Below, in pieces: positions 38,935 through 39,558 of a stretch of 39,558 nt of DNA. The DNA is taken from NCBI GenBank assembly GCA_964525635.1, contig CAZGJX010000028.1, positions 1 to 39,558 on the forward strand. Direction: 5' to 3'. Below the pieces are notes generated by a model. That model had not been told where the DNA came from. It was given only the letters and a program-made list of their open reading frames with translations, and made no database searches. The translations under genes were made by a program, and so were the position numbers. The DNA comes from an uncultured archaeon (GTDB lineage Archaea > Asgardarchaeota > Lokiarchaeia > Sigyniarchaeales > SOKP01). Numbering within the stretch: position 1 is the first letter of the stretch; each line of letters opens with the position of its first letter.

Positions 38935-39414
38935 ATGATATTTGCTGAGTTAATTGCTGAAGATATATCACAAGTAGGGCTTGCCTGGTTCGATTTTTTT
39001 AGTATTGGTCATATTTGTATGGGTGTAGGTATTTTTTTAGTTTTATCATTATTTTATACAATTCCGATGTCTAAAGAAGATGGAGAATCACAAGTAAAGC
39101 TACCTTTATGGGGAGTATGGATTCTAACTTTATTGATTGCTGTCTTATGGGAAGTTTTAGAAAATATGGTATTTATAGAAATAGGATGGAAATTTGAAGG
39201 TAGGATTGATAGTACTGAGAATATAATTACAGACATAATTCTTGTCGGGCTTGGAGGGTTAGGTACATGGTTATTCGCTCATTTAATTTTTGAAAATCAT
39301 AAAAAAGTTTGGCCATATTATCTTTTTGGTATCATTGGTTTGCTTTTATGGATAGGTCTATTTATAATTCTTAGGGCTTATACTTATAACCATAATTTAT
39401 TTGACATTTATTAA
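38935..39414 (+). CDS. Membrane protein, DUF2585-like
   Basis: FDFFSIGH, WEVLEN and DSTENIITD motifs across four TM helices. Confidence 0.6.
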   Translation: MIFAELIAEDISQVGLAWFDFFSIGHICMGVGIFLVLSLFYTIPMSKEDGESQVKLPLWGVWILTLLIAVLWEVLENMVFIEIGWKFEGRIDSTENIITDIILVGLGGLGTWLFAHLIFENHKKVWPYYLFGIIGLLLWIGLFIILRAYTYNHNLFDIY

Positions 39415-39558
39415 TTTTTAATACTTTTATTTTTTTTAATAATTTAAATAAAATTTAAAACCAAGTAATAAATCACTTAAATTTTTAAAATGGGATTTTA
39501 TTACTATGTTATCAAAACTAGTAAAACGTAGCTAATCTTATTTAAAATTATCAAGAAA

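Noticed and set aside
29615-39236. Short ORFs 29615-29821, 30462-30653, 30694-30897, 33793-34005, 35357-35614, 35575-35766, 39054-39236
   Set aside because: Antisense shadows of well-supported genes.

Overview
Very AT-rich archaeal chromosomal segment, most consistent with an Asgard archaeon (Lokiarchaeia/Promethearchaeota). This is inferred from TFB, eS26, Gar1, ArcS/RaSEA, CdhE, roadblock and longin/uDENN-like proteins, and beta-propeller/Ig surface proteins with C-terminal membrane anchors. Most of the window is housekeeping: tRNA/rRNA modification (arcS, raSEA, gar1, trmY), tfb, a split Co/Ni ECF transporter, an ABC-2 exporter, lipid synthesis, two-subunit fumarate hydratase and a lone cdhE. 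Five signals lie outside or beyond the ORF track. (1) A structured minus-strand ncRNA at about 9985-10257 made of three H/ACA-type hairpins; the first pocket matches the 23S rRNA peptidyl-transferase-centre sequence UUUGC-U-A-CCUCGAU. (2) An independently transcribed 38-aa ORF that looks like a signal peptide plus a 12-mer. (3) A three-gene operon (RlmN-like radical SAM, isochorismatase, TrxR-like flavoprotein) with altered catalytic cysteines. (4) A TPR gene with a 100-codon upstream extension behind ATG-AGT-TGA. (5) A single-stop pseudogene between the ECF genes. No CRISPR array, tRNA, rRNA or transposase was recognised. All family calls are from motif recognition by eye; no searches were run.
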